In this document: positions 25,140 to 37,269 of the stretch, in pieces
Layout of the letters: each line of letters begins with the position of its first letter
Position numbering within the stretch: position 1 is the stretch's first letter
NCBI GenBank assembly: GCA_026770705.1
Contig: JANJGN010000034.1
Span: 2,852,001 to 2,916,000 of the forward strand
Length of the DNA: 64,000 bases
Direction: 5' to 3'
Source of the DNA: Isurus oxyrinchus
Taxonomy: Eukaryota
Made by a program: the position numbers and the translations under genes
The notes under the pieces: generated by a model
The model's database searches: none
What the model saw: only the letters and a program-made list of their open reading frames with translations
Told to the model about the DNA's origin: nothing

Positions 25140-28100
25140 TCCCTTGAAGTGTGTTAAATATCAATCAGATTTATAAGTACTAGAAAGGTCTATAAACGGT
25201 TGTAAGGTTTGTTAAGTTAAAGCCAAATAAAGTTAAGATAATTAAACCAAAGCGAAAGAACATCTGCATAAGTGAATGAAATTCAAGACGTGGCAGGGCA
25301 GTTTGGTCGTGTCAAATGCACGTCCTGTAGTCTGTGAGATGTCATGGCCACTGCCGGTGATCTAGAGGAAAACATGTGCAGGAAGTGTCAACAGCTGCAG
25401 AGACCTTAATTCTGGGTTCCTGAGATCAAGCTGAGCCTGAAGTCACTGTGGCATATTCAAGAGAGTCAGTGCTACATTGGATAGTAGGTTCAGAGAAATG
25501 GACACGCTACAACATAGGAAAATTGAGGCAGAAAGTGAAGAAGTGACCACTAGGCAATCCAAGAGAACTAGCTAGGTAGAGCATCAGTACACAAGGGGTC
25601 TCACTCACTATTTGGCTTTCCGTTTTGGATGCTGTTTAGGGCGTTGGTGCCTGGGAGGTTTGTATCCAGAAGCAAGTACATGGCACCACGGGCTGTTCAG
25701 CTGGACAGGAGGGGAGGAAGACGAGGGTAAGAGTAGTATTATTAGGAGACTCGTTAGCTAGAGGAACAGGGGTTTCTGAAGCCATGGATGCGACTCCAAG
25801 ATGATATGATGCTTCCCTGATGCCAGGATGAATGATGTCCAGAGCAGCTGCTGACATTCTTCCATGGGAGGGTGAACAGCCAGAAGCCGCGGTTCACGTC
25901 GCTACTGATGACTTAGGTAGGAAGTGGGATGAAGTCCTGAAAGCAGATTTCTGGGAGCTCTGGAGGAGATTGAAATGCAGAACCTTTAAATCAGTATTTT
26001 CAGGATTTCTTCCAATCCCACATGGTAATGAGTATAGCAGTAGGAGAACTGACGATTAAACATGTGACTGGAGAACTGCTGTAGAAGGGAGTTTATTTGA
26101 TTTCTGAGGACTGTTTCTGGGGCACGTGGGACCTGAACAAGAATGATGAGCTCCGTGTTAGTAGGACCGAGACTAACATCATCAAAGCGTGATTCGCTAG
26201 TGCTATTGGGGATGGTTTAAATTAGATTGGCAGGATCATTAGAGGGAGCTTAGAGTAGAGGGAAGCAAACTATTAAAATAGAAAGCATATATAGAAGACA
26301 GACAAAGCACAGGCAAGCATGAAATAGGATCAAAATAGACTATATATATGAAAAGCGGTATTATAGGTACTTTATCTGAATGCACGTGGAACTTGCACAA
26401 AAAAGGTGAATACACAGATTAAGATAAATGTGTATGATTTAACTGCCATTTTATATCCAAGCATATTCAACATTTAGGAGGGATGTGCAAAATGGAAAAG
26501 GAGGAGGTGGCATAGCACTCTTAAGAAGGAAGGAGCTCAGAATATTAGGAAGACAGGAATTTAGGTCGAAGGATCAGGATCTGGAATCGATTTGGATGGA
26601 GCTAAGAAATAGCACCAGGCAGCAAACACTGGTTGGAGCTGTTGATGGGCCAACGAACTGCAGTGCTAATGGAGAGCACGGTATAAGTCAGGAAATTAGA
26701 GATGGATGTAACGTGGGTAATATATTAATAATGGGCAACTTCAATTTACACATACCGTGGGTTACACAAATCAGCACTAATGTTGTGCAGCAGGGATTCT
26801 TGGAATGTGTCCCAAGTTGGGTTTCTGGATCAGTTATTGAGGAGACAACTAGGCATCGAGCTATATTATATTTAGTGTTATGTAATGAGAAAGGGCGTAT
26901 TAATAATCTTGCTGCAAAGGAGACTTTGGGAGATTGTAGTTATAATGTGCTATAAGTTTACATTAAGCATGAATGTGATTAAGTTCATTCCGAATCTAGG
27001 CTTAAATGCTAAAGAAAGGAAATTATGATGGTACGAGGGGAAAGTTGGCTGCGGCAGTTTGGGAAAATACACAAAATTACTTGCCGGTAGACAGGCAATG
27101 GCTAGTATTTAAAGACATAATACGTGGTCTACAAAAGATATACATTCCTCTCAGGCATAAACACCATCAGGGAAAGGAAAATCTACCACGGTTAATGAAG
27201 TAATATAAATATTGCGTTATATCAAATGGAGTGGCTTTTAGGGATGAGAGAAAAGGAGGTAAGCCCGAGGATTGGGAGCAAGTTAGAACCCAACGAAGGA
27301 GGACAAAGAAACAGATTATCAAACGAAAACTGAAATATGAGTTCAAACCAGCCATGAACATAATGCCAGACTGCTAAATCTTCTTTAGGTAGGTGAAAAG
27401 GAAAAGATTAGCTGGGACAAATATGGGCCCATTACAGGTGGGGACAGGATAATTTATAATGGATGAAGGGAAATTATGGAGAAACTAACAATTACTTTTC
27501 ATCTATCTTCACTGCAGAAGAAACAGATAAGCTTCCAGAAATGCGAGGCAACCAAGAGACTTGTGAAACTGAAGAAGTAAAATAAATTAGTATAAGTACT
27601 CAGATAGTACTTGAAAAGTTAATTGGATTGAAGGTTGATAAATCCCCTCAACCAAATGAAGTTCTTCCTAGAGAGTTGAAGGAGGTGGCTACAGAGATAA
27701 TGCATGCAGTAGTGGTCATCTTTGAAAATGCTATCGATTATGGAAAGTTTCCTGCAAACTGAGACATAGCACAGCTAATGCTATCATTTAAGGAGGGAGG
27801 AAGAGAGAGAGAGAGAGGGTAGAACTACAGACCTTTTAGTTTTACATCCATAGGAGATCCAATGTTAGTTTGTGTTATAAAGGATGTGGTAATCGTACAT
27901 TTCAGAAAGAATGGTGAAATTGGGCAGAATCAACATGCATTTGTGAAAGAGAAATCATATTTGATAAAATTCTTCCAGTTTTGTTTTGAGATTATTACTT
28001 TTGGCACTGATAATTGTGAACAAGTGGGTATGGTGCATTTGGAGTTTCAAAAGCGGTTGACAAGTTCCGCACAGAGATTAGAAAGTAAAGTCAGAGCACA

Positions 28101-28445
28101 TGGGGTTGGAGGAGCTATGCTAGTACAGATTGAATATTGGTTAACAGAAGAAAGCAGTTAGCAGGGATAAACGGACAATTTTCAGGATGGTAGAGTGATA
28201 TTAGCGATAATAAAAGAATCAGCACAATCAGCGATTGCTCACAATCTAGATAAATGACTTGGAAGTAGGCTCAATTGTAACAGTTCCAATTTTGCTAATG
28301 ACACCAAATTGAATGGCGACATATGTTGCGAGGAGGAGGCAGTGAGACTTCAGCATGACTTGGGCATGCTAACTGAATGGACTGGAGCATGACAGATGGA
28401 ACATAACGTGAATAAGTGTGAATTTGTTCATTTAGGCAGAAAAAA
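25140..28445 (+). mobile_element. Long CR1 relic: ORF1 (zinc finger, SGNH esterase) and ORF2 (APE endonuclease, RT), 3'-truncated
   Basis: KCTSC, LLGDSLARG, VHVATDDLG, LYLNAR, GGGIALL, ESIWMEL, MGNFN, QHAFVK, FANDTK, NVNKCEFVHLGRK motifs with many stops and frameshifts. Confidence 0.9.
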
Positions 28446-28929
28446 GAAACGCAGACTAAAGGAAATAAAGAAGAAACTCAAAATACCAGTTCGACATTAT
28501 GCAGATGTAACGTGGAGAGAGTCGAGACGAAGAGATTCCAACGATAGGAAGGTAAGGAACCAGAAGGCAGAGTCACAAAATAATTAGGAAAAATAATCAG
28601 TGACAATGAAGAGATATTTTCGAATTGCTATGATCCTCAATATGCTTCGTGAAATATTCTTGACATTAGTTCAACAGTGATTTCCTAAGATAATTCATTC
28701 TAGAGAGAAAACATTTGCTAGTCTGTTTGGAATGAACAGAGAAAAGTGTAGATTATTGGATATTCCAAAGGCTCTGGTGAGGGTCACAATGAACTGCTTT
28801 GATGCTACATGATTCTGCTGGCAATTCTTCCTACAACAATGCAACAGAAATATATCACGGAAACAGGCAGTGACCAAGCTGGTTAGCAATGTTCCAAAAA
28901 GGAAAATTAACTCAAAATTTCACACTCAC

Positions 28930-28965
28930 CACAATCCAAGAGGTTATTTCTCTGTTTTTCTATTT
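28930..28965 (-). CDS. Microexon 11 (36 nt): EIEKQRNNLLDC
   Basis: cttgccacctcatcacaaaag|AA ATA GAA AAA CAG AGA AAT AAC CTC TTG GAT TGT G|gtgagt; perfect donor, weak AAG acceptor. Confidence 0.82.
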
Positions 28966-29499
28966 CTTTTGTGATGAGGTGGCAAGAAACACATTTATTT
29001 AAACTGTTACTATGAGGACACCAGGCCACAGTTCAGTCAAAGCAGCAAAGCAGCGTGAGGTCGAAGGCGCAAAATGGGCAGTTTAATATTTAACGTGAGA
29101 AAAATCAGCGAAATTTCACCTTGTCGATCAGGAATCAGTTTTGTGAACTGGGAGGAACTGAATACGGAAGCAGCATAAAAGGGGAGCAAGTAAACAAAAA
29201 TGGAAATGCTTCCCGTGGTTGGTGGCCGGTGGTAACTCTCGACCACTGATGTTCCCAAATCATTTGTGCAGGTTATTCTGATTCTATTTGATCTGAACTG
29301 GTATAAAAGGCAAAAGATCATGTCTACGTTAATTAACCTGAAATTTTGCTGTCATGTTGCTAACGTATTTAAACTCGCAAGGAGGATTGATCTGAGTGAA
29401 GTAAGATTTCCTTTTTGATACCATCTAACTGGCTTGAAAAGTCAAATCTCCTCGGCCCTCTCAAAGCACCTATTCTTGCTTATATGATTGGAACACAAA

Positions 29500-29668
29500 G
29501 ATAAAAGCGAAATACTCTGGATGCTGGAAACGTGAAACAAAAACAGAAAATGCTAGAAAAACTCAGCATGCCTGATAACATTTGTGAGAGAGAAACAGAA
29601 TTGTCATTCCGAGTCCGTATGACTCTTCTTCAGAGACTGAGTTTTTCCAGCATTTTCTGTTTCTGTTT
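29500..29668 (-). mobile_element. Penelope-type pLTR fragment with inverted partial copy
   Basis: Reverse complement resembles 18600-18700; 32-bp inverted repeat 29535-29566 / 29637-29668 with 30/32 identity. Confidence 0.8.
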
Positions 29669-31044
29669 GAAATGCATGTTGCTTTGTTCCCATTGTTCTT
29701 ACGCACATTAAAAGTTACATTAATCAATGAATGGTGGTAATTCATATTGGCTTTCATGGCAGTGTTAAACATTGTTCTGATGAAATTCATCAATTACCGA
29801 TGGTGACATTCACGAATTTTTGGAAACAAATGGGGAATATTCCATCACATTCCTGACATGTGCCTTGTATGTGCTGGAAAGGTTTTGGGGACACAGGAGG
29901 TGAGTTACCCGCCACAGGATTCCTGGCCTCTGAACTAATTTAGTAGCCAGATAATTTATACAAAGACTAGTCACGTTCAGCTTCTGGGCAATGTCATCCC
30001 ATTGTTAAACAGTAAAACTTAGTAGAATTAAAACCACTCTAACTTTTGGTTAACGATTGTACTGATCTCCCCTGATCCGCCACAGGACGTTGTGTATCCA
30101 CTAGAACCCCCACAGGACTGGGCTCAACGCCCCGGCCCCTGCCACGGGACGTCACCGAATGCCTACCGACCCCCACCAGCAAACTGGATAGCCCCCCATG
30201 CACCCACTGCGCTTGGCTATCCCTCACACACACCACAGGTCACCCCACAAGCCCCGGGCCCTCAAGGAACAATGTCAGCCCCCAAACGCACTTCAGGTTA
30301 CAGTCCCATCCTCGACCCGAAGAAAGAAAATACATATTAGGCCCGACACCACCTGAAACCTGTTCCGACATGTTTCCTACCTTTTTCTACACAGGCTCGA
30401 CCTGACTCAACTCCACCCCTCTCCCGCCACCCTCACCGTGTTCCCGTCCCCACACCCCCTCCCCAGCCAGACGGGAATGGACACGACACCCCCACTCCCC
30501 TCCGCACTACCCCCACACAGAGGTACAGCTCGACTCGTCCAGAACCACACCCCCCCCCCTCCGTACTGCTGACTTATTGCATGCACCTAACTTCTGCCTG
30601 GCTTGACAAAGTGGCTGGACCATTAAACCTATGTGGCTTACGGCAGCCATAAAGGCACAAAAAGGCCACGTGCCTTACTTCACATCCACAGAGCAACCCT
30701 TGACTGTAGCCCTGGGGAACCCGATGTGCTACAAAGACCTTGCCTAGCCTGAGTCGGAACGTCCGTTGAGGTTGGAGTGGCTTCATTTTACCTATAAAAC
30801 TAGGGGCTGAGTGGCGATCCAACTCACTGGCCACCCCACTGGTAGTTATGGCCTGTATGACAACCATGACATTCCCCACGCTTACTAAGCTCCTCTCTAA
30901 TTGATGAGAGTTTTTCTTTTGTATTGTTTTTAGCCTTGACACAGTTGCCAAGACACCTGGCTGGATCCATTGTTGCTGCTGCAGGAAATGCTTTCCCGTT
31001 CACGAATTATTGCCTGTCATCTAACTACAATATTGGTAAGGCCT

Positions 31045-31170
31045 ATAAAAGAATCATACGGATTCGAAACATTAACTTCCAGAGAAGCTGTCAGACCTGC
31101 TGAGATTTTCCCGCATTTTATGCTTTCGTTTCGTATTTCCAGCATCTGCAGTATTTTGACTTTATTACAA
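31045..31170 (+). mobile_element. Penelope-type pLTR fragment with decayed hammerhead
   Basis: gaatcatacggattcgaaacattaac...gacctgctgagatttt resembles 18610-18700. Confidence 0.7.
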
Positions 31171-31894
31171 CATTTATTCCTACGTCTCAGCCAAATGAAC
31201 ATTCTTGTGTTGCCACGAGAATCCTGGTCATTACCTGCTGCAAGCTGCTCGCATCTTTTTTCTCGCAAAAAGCAAATGTACTGCACGTTCTGTTAATATT
31301 TGTTGACTGGTCGTGGACATGATTTTTTAAAGTTGTTGCCCATACCGAACATTGTTTGAGTTCTGAACTCTTTGGTTCGCCAAGGCCACATCAGAGGGAA
31401 GTTAAGAGTTAATCAGATCGCTGTGGGTTTGGGGCGCATAGTGGTCAGAGCAGATTAGGAAGGAATATTTCCAGTGTTTTTTTCTCTCTTTGCAGTATCA
31501 AATACTTCCATCGATAAAATTAATCATGAACGCTGTTATTCCATATTTGCTTAATAACCTGAAGTTCAAATCCCCAGAAATTTGATAGGATTTTAATTTG
31601 TTTCTCATGATCATTAGTTAAAGCTTATAGTTTAATAGTCAAGCTGCTTTACTCTCCACCATTACTGCTGAGGAGATAAATGAGTTTGCAATACTCATTT
31701 ACTCATGCACTACCCAATGCTCTCCCCACGTCTATTTTCATTCCAACAAAGAAGTTACGCTTTACAGCAACTGTGCTTGAATTGGCACATGTCTGTGCTC
31801 GAGTGAAAAGAAATCATACATTCTTCCATTATGTGTGAGCTGGAAGGGCTTAAAGCAGAAACATGTTTTGAATAAGTGACCCACATAAGTAGTT

Positions 31895-32165
31895 CTATCC
31901 AGACAGAGAGTAGACAGATAGGTAAACAGACAGTAGATAGATAGATGAATAGACAGACAGATAGATAGATAGAAAAATAGATAGATATATAGATAGATTG
32001 ATGGAGAGAGATGGATTGAGAGATAGATATATAGATAGATACACAGATAGAAAGAAAGAGAGCTGGACAGAGAGATAGATAGATAGAAAGACAGACAGAC
32101 AGATAGATGGACAGGCATACAGAGAGACAGAGAGCTGGATAGAGAGATAGACAGGTAGATAGACA
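31895..32165 (+). repeat. (GATA/GACA)n compound microsatellite
   Basis: Direct inspection. Confidence 0.95.
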
Positions 32166-32418
32166 GCTAATTGATTTGTCAGATACAAGAGTCGTTGGAA
32201 GCTTGACAGGCAGTTAGGTACCATATTAGTCTTCTGACATGAGCTACAGCCATTGGAGCTGATGTCAGTTGGAGAGTACCCCTTGTACTATGTCCTGTTT
32301 TGTGAAACCAAGAAAGATGATTTTCTAGCAACTGAGAATCTGAACGAGATGCACATTTATTGGAAAAAAGAAGCACGAAGCACAACATCAACCCGTCTCT
32401 TAGCAAATGAAGCCTTAC

Positions 32419-32445
32419 CTTTGTCCTTGTTGTTCAGCTTTATGT
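32419..32445 (-). CDS. Microexon 10 (27 nt): DIKLNNKDK
   Basis: ttctgcattgctaacag|AC ATA AAG CTG AAC AAC AAG GAC AAA G|gtaagg. Confidence 0.9.
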
Positions 32446-32704
32446 CTGTTAGCAATGCAGAACCGGGTAATTCAAAACTTAGGTGGTAATATTAAGGAAT
32501 AATCTTTTAACCTTACTGTTAAAATTCGGCATTCTTTTTATGTAAACATCGATTATGTGTCATGCATGTTTGGCGCGATAATGAATGAGCAAGCAGAATC
32601 ACTATGTGAGAAAATTAAATCAATATCTCTTGAACATGTCAATCATTGCAGGGGAATTAACTACTACCAAACCCTTTAAAAAAGGATGGATGGATCCCAC
32701 AACA

Positions 32705-33960
32705 ATGACCACAAACACAGTTTATTTACATAGACCCTTTAATGCAATGACACTTCCGATTGCGTTTCACAGGAACATTATTGAGCAAAGTATGTCACCA
32801 AGCCTCATAAGGAAATATTAGGTCTGATGACTGAAACCTTGCACTGAGAGGCATTTTTAGAAATGCCTTAAAAGTCAGAGGGGGAGTTGGATAGTTTGCG
32901 AGATGTAGATTGGAGATTTCAGTGTTTGGGCCTCAGGCGGCTTAAGACCCTAACAGAAATGCCAAAGCAATCTAGAATTAAGATTAATGCTGAATTAGCA
33001 GAGAGCACACATTTTGAGCCAGTTGAGTGGGCAGAAGTTAAACAAAGGTGGCGGGTGGTTGTTAACTAAGACAAGGCAACAGAGTTTTGAATGACGTAAA
33101 TTTTACAGAGGGTAGAATGAGGCGATGAGCCAGGTGTCTTTCGGAAGCGTCAGGCCAGAAGATGTTAAGGCATGGGCGAGCTGAGACAGATGCCAGGGCA
33201 AGTGATGTCAAGGGGATGGAAATAAACAGTCCAAGCAATGCTGGGAACAGGCATTTGGACTCTCATCCGGGGATCAAAAGTGACTCCAAGTTTTGAAACG
33301 TAATGACTGTTACCAGGGAGAGGTGTAAAGGCAATTCCTATGGAACGGCATTTAGAGCGGAGACCAATATTCAATTAGAGGATATCTCTGCTCATCCAGT
33401 GCTGGATTTCAGATAGGATTCCAATAATTTTGCAACAGTGGAGGATTGACGAGGGGTTGGGGTCGCTGCGGCCTGGTGTTGGGTGAGGTGGAGCTGGCGT
33501 CAGTGTCCACCTTTGGATGAACAGGGGAAGGCACTGTAGGAGGATGCTGTGGCCTATCGTGAAAAAGGCTGCAGACAGGTCTGGGAGGACAATGGAACAA
33601 GATTTATCTTTGCAACTGTCACATAGGATGTCATTTGCGACATTGAGCAGGGCCGTTTCTGTACAGTGGCGGGGCAGAGACATGAATTGAGCGATTAAAA
33701 CATTGTGTTCCCACAAAAGACGGGAAATCATTCGGAGGCAAGAGCATCTTCAAGAATGTTGATGAGGACGGAGTGTTTCTAGATGTCGGGGTAATTTGGA
33801 AATGGCGGTGATGTCAAGTGGATCTTTTCGGAGTGGGGGTGATGATGACAGATTTAAAGGCGAGACTTTCACCCAAAGGGAAAAAAAACGTATAATATCA
33901 GCTGACAGGGGGCCAGAAATGAAAAATGAGCGATCAAAAGTTTAGAGGGAATACAATCAA
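32705..33960 (-). mobile_element. L2-clade LINE, decayed
   Basis: ORF 33375..33731 HCTETALLNVANDIL...LPDLSAAF matches L2 RT motif HSTETAL...LLDLSAAFD. Confidence 0.85.
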
Positions 33961-34499
33961 TGGAAAAATAGGTGGGCCTTGTGGACAATGTGCAAAAGGC
34001 ATGAGGGCAGGTGAGAGAGGAATTAGGCAAAGAGGTGACTTCAAGGCTAGGGCAGGGAGAAGTATTAAATTACCTATCAAAACTATGTATGGTGTCGTTT
34101 ATTTCTGTAATATGGAGAATTGATTACCGAGAAAGCAACGTTAGCAAAGCCCTGGTAACGTGGTGAAGCGGGCATTTTCCACAGGTATGAGCTGGAAAGT
34201 TGCAGTAGAAATTCTGAATTCCATCGATCTCGGATGTCGTTATAAGCAGCCGCTGAAGGGCAGAAAATGCGATGTAAAGTGAAATGAATTCAGGGCGAGG
34301 AGTATCAGGGGAAGGTGATTCGATAACACCTGAGCAAAATGACTGCTATTACATTTAGGCAAGGGGAATTAGGGATGAGCAATTAATGCTGGTCTGGCCA
34401 GCAACGCCACATCCCATAAACGAATAATAAAAAAAAAAAACGAATGGACAGGTCATTACATTTGTAAGGGGTAGCTTCAATATATTGTTTTACACTTAC

Positions 34500-34535
34500 C
34501 ATATTCTTGGAGACTGACTTTCATTTTTTGAAGTT
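34500..34535 (-). CDS. Microexon 9 (36 nt): ELQKMKVSLQEY
   Basis: atatgtttgttaccag|AA CTT CAA AAA ATG AAA GTC AGT CTC CAA GAA TAT G|gtaagt. Confidence 0.9.
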
Positions 34536-35159
34536 CTGGTAACAAACATATTTGCAACACAATTTATTCTGCATGGCCTCCGATCAATTAAATCGCTGTA
34601 ACTCAGCTGGAAGGTAAATGTCAGCCAATCCATGGAATTGTAGCGAGGACGAGGTTCATATTCATTTGGTGTCAGTCTAACCTATTCATGGAAGAGATGC
34701 TTCAAAGTGATGCAACAACTGCGTCCTTTTAAGAGCCATTCGACAGCAGTGAGAGACACATAGCACTGAGAGGCAGCACAGCACTGAGAGAGAAGTGGTT
34801 GATAGTTGCCAGAAAATGGGTAGGCGGGGGATGTTGAATGATTTACACACAATAAGAAGTAAATCACATTTATTTGGGAATGCATTTTAAAGTGATGCTG
34901 GTGGATGCTGCTCCTGTGCTCTAATCTAAAATGAACATGTCTACCGTGATCCCCACAGCAAGGCTTTTGGTTTATGGAGGGATGATTCTGTTCTGTTATT
35001 GTCTTCCTTGATACACAGACACTCTTCCTAAATTGCGTCGATCTCTCCATGACAGGTTTTGCGTTCCAATCGTTTCTTCTACTGTCATTCCTCATCTAGC
35101 TCTATAAGGAGAATTCTCTATTCCCTTCGGCATCATAGGCTTATCTTTTCCCGTGTTAA

Positions 35160-36600
35160 TGGTGACAATAAAGCTTGTTTAAACATTTCATAACTATGAT
35201 AGTAGCAAGTTCTATATTCTCAGCATTCTCTGTGTAAAGGCGTTTTTTCTAAATTCCTTTTTTGGTCTATTCGTGATCAAACCGGTATTCCTGGCCCGTA
35301 GTGTTACTTTGTTCCCACGCCGTGTCTGCTCAATCAAAACTTTCAGAACTTGAATAACTTTTATTACTTGAATACCTAACCTTTGATTTTTCAAGAGAAA
35401 TTAAAGGCCCAGCTTAGTAAGCTAAACCTCAGGTTTATGCCCCTGGGATCAACCTTGTAAATAATTTTTATTATATGGTGGCCATAATTTTATGCACCAG
35501 TCCAAGTTTGATAAATATAATGATACATACAATGTGCGCATAACTGCTTTATATTTTAGGTTCATGCCTCTGGATCTCAGTGCTTGTCCTTAGTTAGCTT
35601 TTGTGTGGCCGTGTTAAGCTGTGTAACTCTAATTGTTGACTTGTACATTTGTACTGCCAGGCCACTTTGCTCCTGCATCCCACTTAGACACTTGTTTCCT
35701 CAGTAAGATGCTTATCATTACTTTTCTCAGTGATGTCCTTATTAATCTTGCCAAAATGTCATGCCTGATATTAATCTACGTTGGAATTAATTGGCGCATT
35801 CTGAATTCTGGATTTTCTGAAAATGTTGCTTATTTTTGCAATTTGCTGAAACTCTCCTCAACATTGGCTATCATTGCCCCACCCACATTTGGAGTCATAT
35901 GCAAAATTAAAAGAGAAAAGTGTTTTTTGGATTATTCAGTCTAATTTTTTAAACTAAGCTGCAAACAAATTTCACTCCAGCCCTTCTCCTTGTGGACCAT
36001 CGCTTCCCACCTTCTGTTACTCTGAATAACTATCCTTACTCCTGTCTTTTTTATGCTTTAAAGACAGCAATATATCCATTCTGCGATTTCCTGCCAGCTC
36101 CGCTTATTCATCATTCTATGATGTGGCACCTTATCAAAGACCTGGTCAGCTTTTATTATCCTTGTTTGATCACTGTTCAAAAAATTAAACAATTCAATGC
36201 AAAGATTTCTCTTCTAAAATCCAGGCCAAAAATTCATTGTTACATTTTGGTTTCTATATGTTCCCCTAGTTTCTCTTTTCGGAGAGATTCGACCATTTGT
36301 TTCTACCATCGATGGTAGAGCTGACCAGTCGATATGTTCCCTCTGCCTCCTTATTAAAAAAAGTAGAAGTTTAGCTACCTCCCAGCCTTGTGGCTCTACG
36401 TCCATCTCTATAGAATTTTGAAATAAAGGGGTGGTAATGCATCTGCTTTCTCTTCCCTAGATTATTAAAAAAAAACGATGATGCAATTGGTCCAGGCCGT
36501 GGCATTATTGTTATTTTTGCTAAATTATTCTGTTTCATGTTTTAATATTTTAAATTTAGTTTTACATCTTTTTCAACTAATCATTTTTTTTCACCTCATC
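35160..36600 (-). mobile_element. Decayed CR1
   Basis: FRKNAFTQRMLRI C-terminal motif in ORF 35212..35394 and upstream RT traces. Confidence 0.6.
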
Positions 36601-37269
36601 GCCTGATATCATCTCGAGCTTCCAAGTAGCACTGGTTAAATCTGAAACAGTGTAATCATTTAATATTCCCCTCATCCTCGATCATTGCCATTGGGAAGCT
36701 GCAGAACACTCTGAGATGGGGGCGGGGTTTGCCGGGTGTGGGTGGGTGGTGGGGGGTGGGGGGGGGGGGGGCAGGGGGGTAGGGATGGGGGCTGAGGTCT
36801 GGTGGATGGATGGGTATGGTGCATAGCCAGAGATCGTGGTCCATGTCAGCATCAATGTTGTAGGCCGAATGTGCCATTACGATTGACAGGCAGATGTGAG
36901 AGGGATGGATAGAGATAGAAAAGAAATAAGTAAGTCACCGGTTTACTCCAGAAGCCACGTGACAGTGAGTATAGGAAGATAAAGGTAGAGTTGATGCATC
37001 TGTAGCTTACAAGATGATGCACAAGAGAGTGGGTTAGATAATTAAGGCTTTGGAGCAGTTTCTGAAGGTGTTGGGACCTATAAAAGCTGGTCAGGTTGTT
37101 TTTGTGCATGGCGGGGACCAACATTGATGTAGCAGTTTATTTCTAACGTGTGATAGAAACCTGAGAGTAGAAACGAAAGGGGGTAGAAAAGCAAATAATC
37201 GTTTTTAGGTATTGCTAGCATATTGGCCTGAAAATAAGATGATCTGACAGGAATTCGGATTTGGCATAA

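Noticed and set aside
29118-29145. 28-nt minus-strand AG..GT segment
   Set aside because: Not a multiple of 3 and weak donor.
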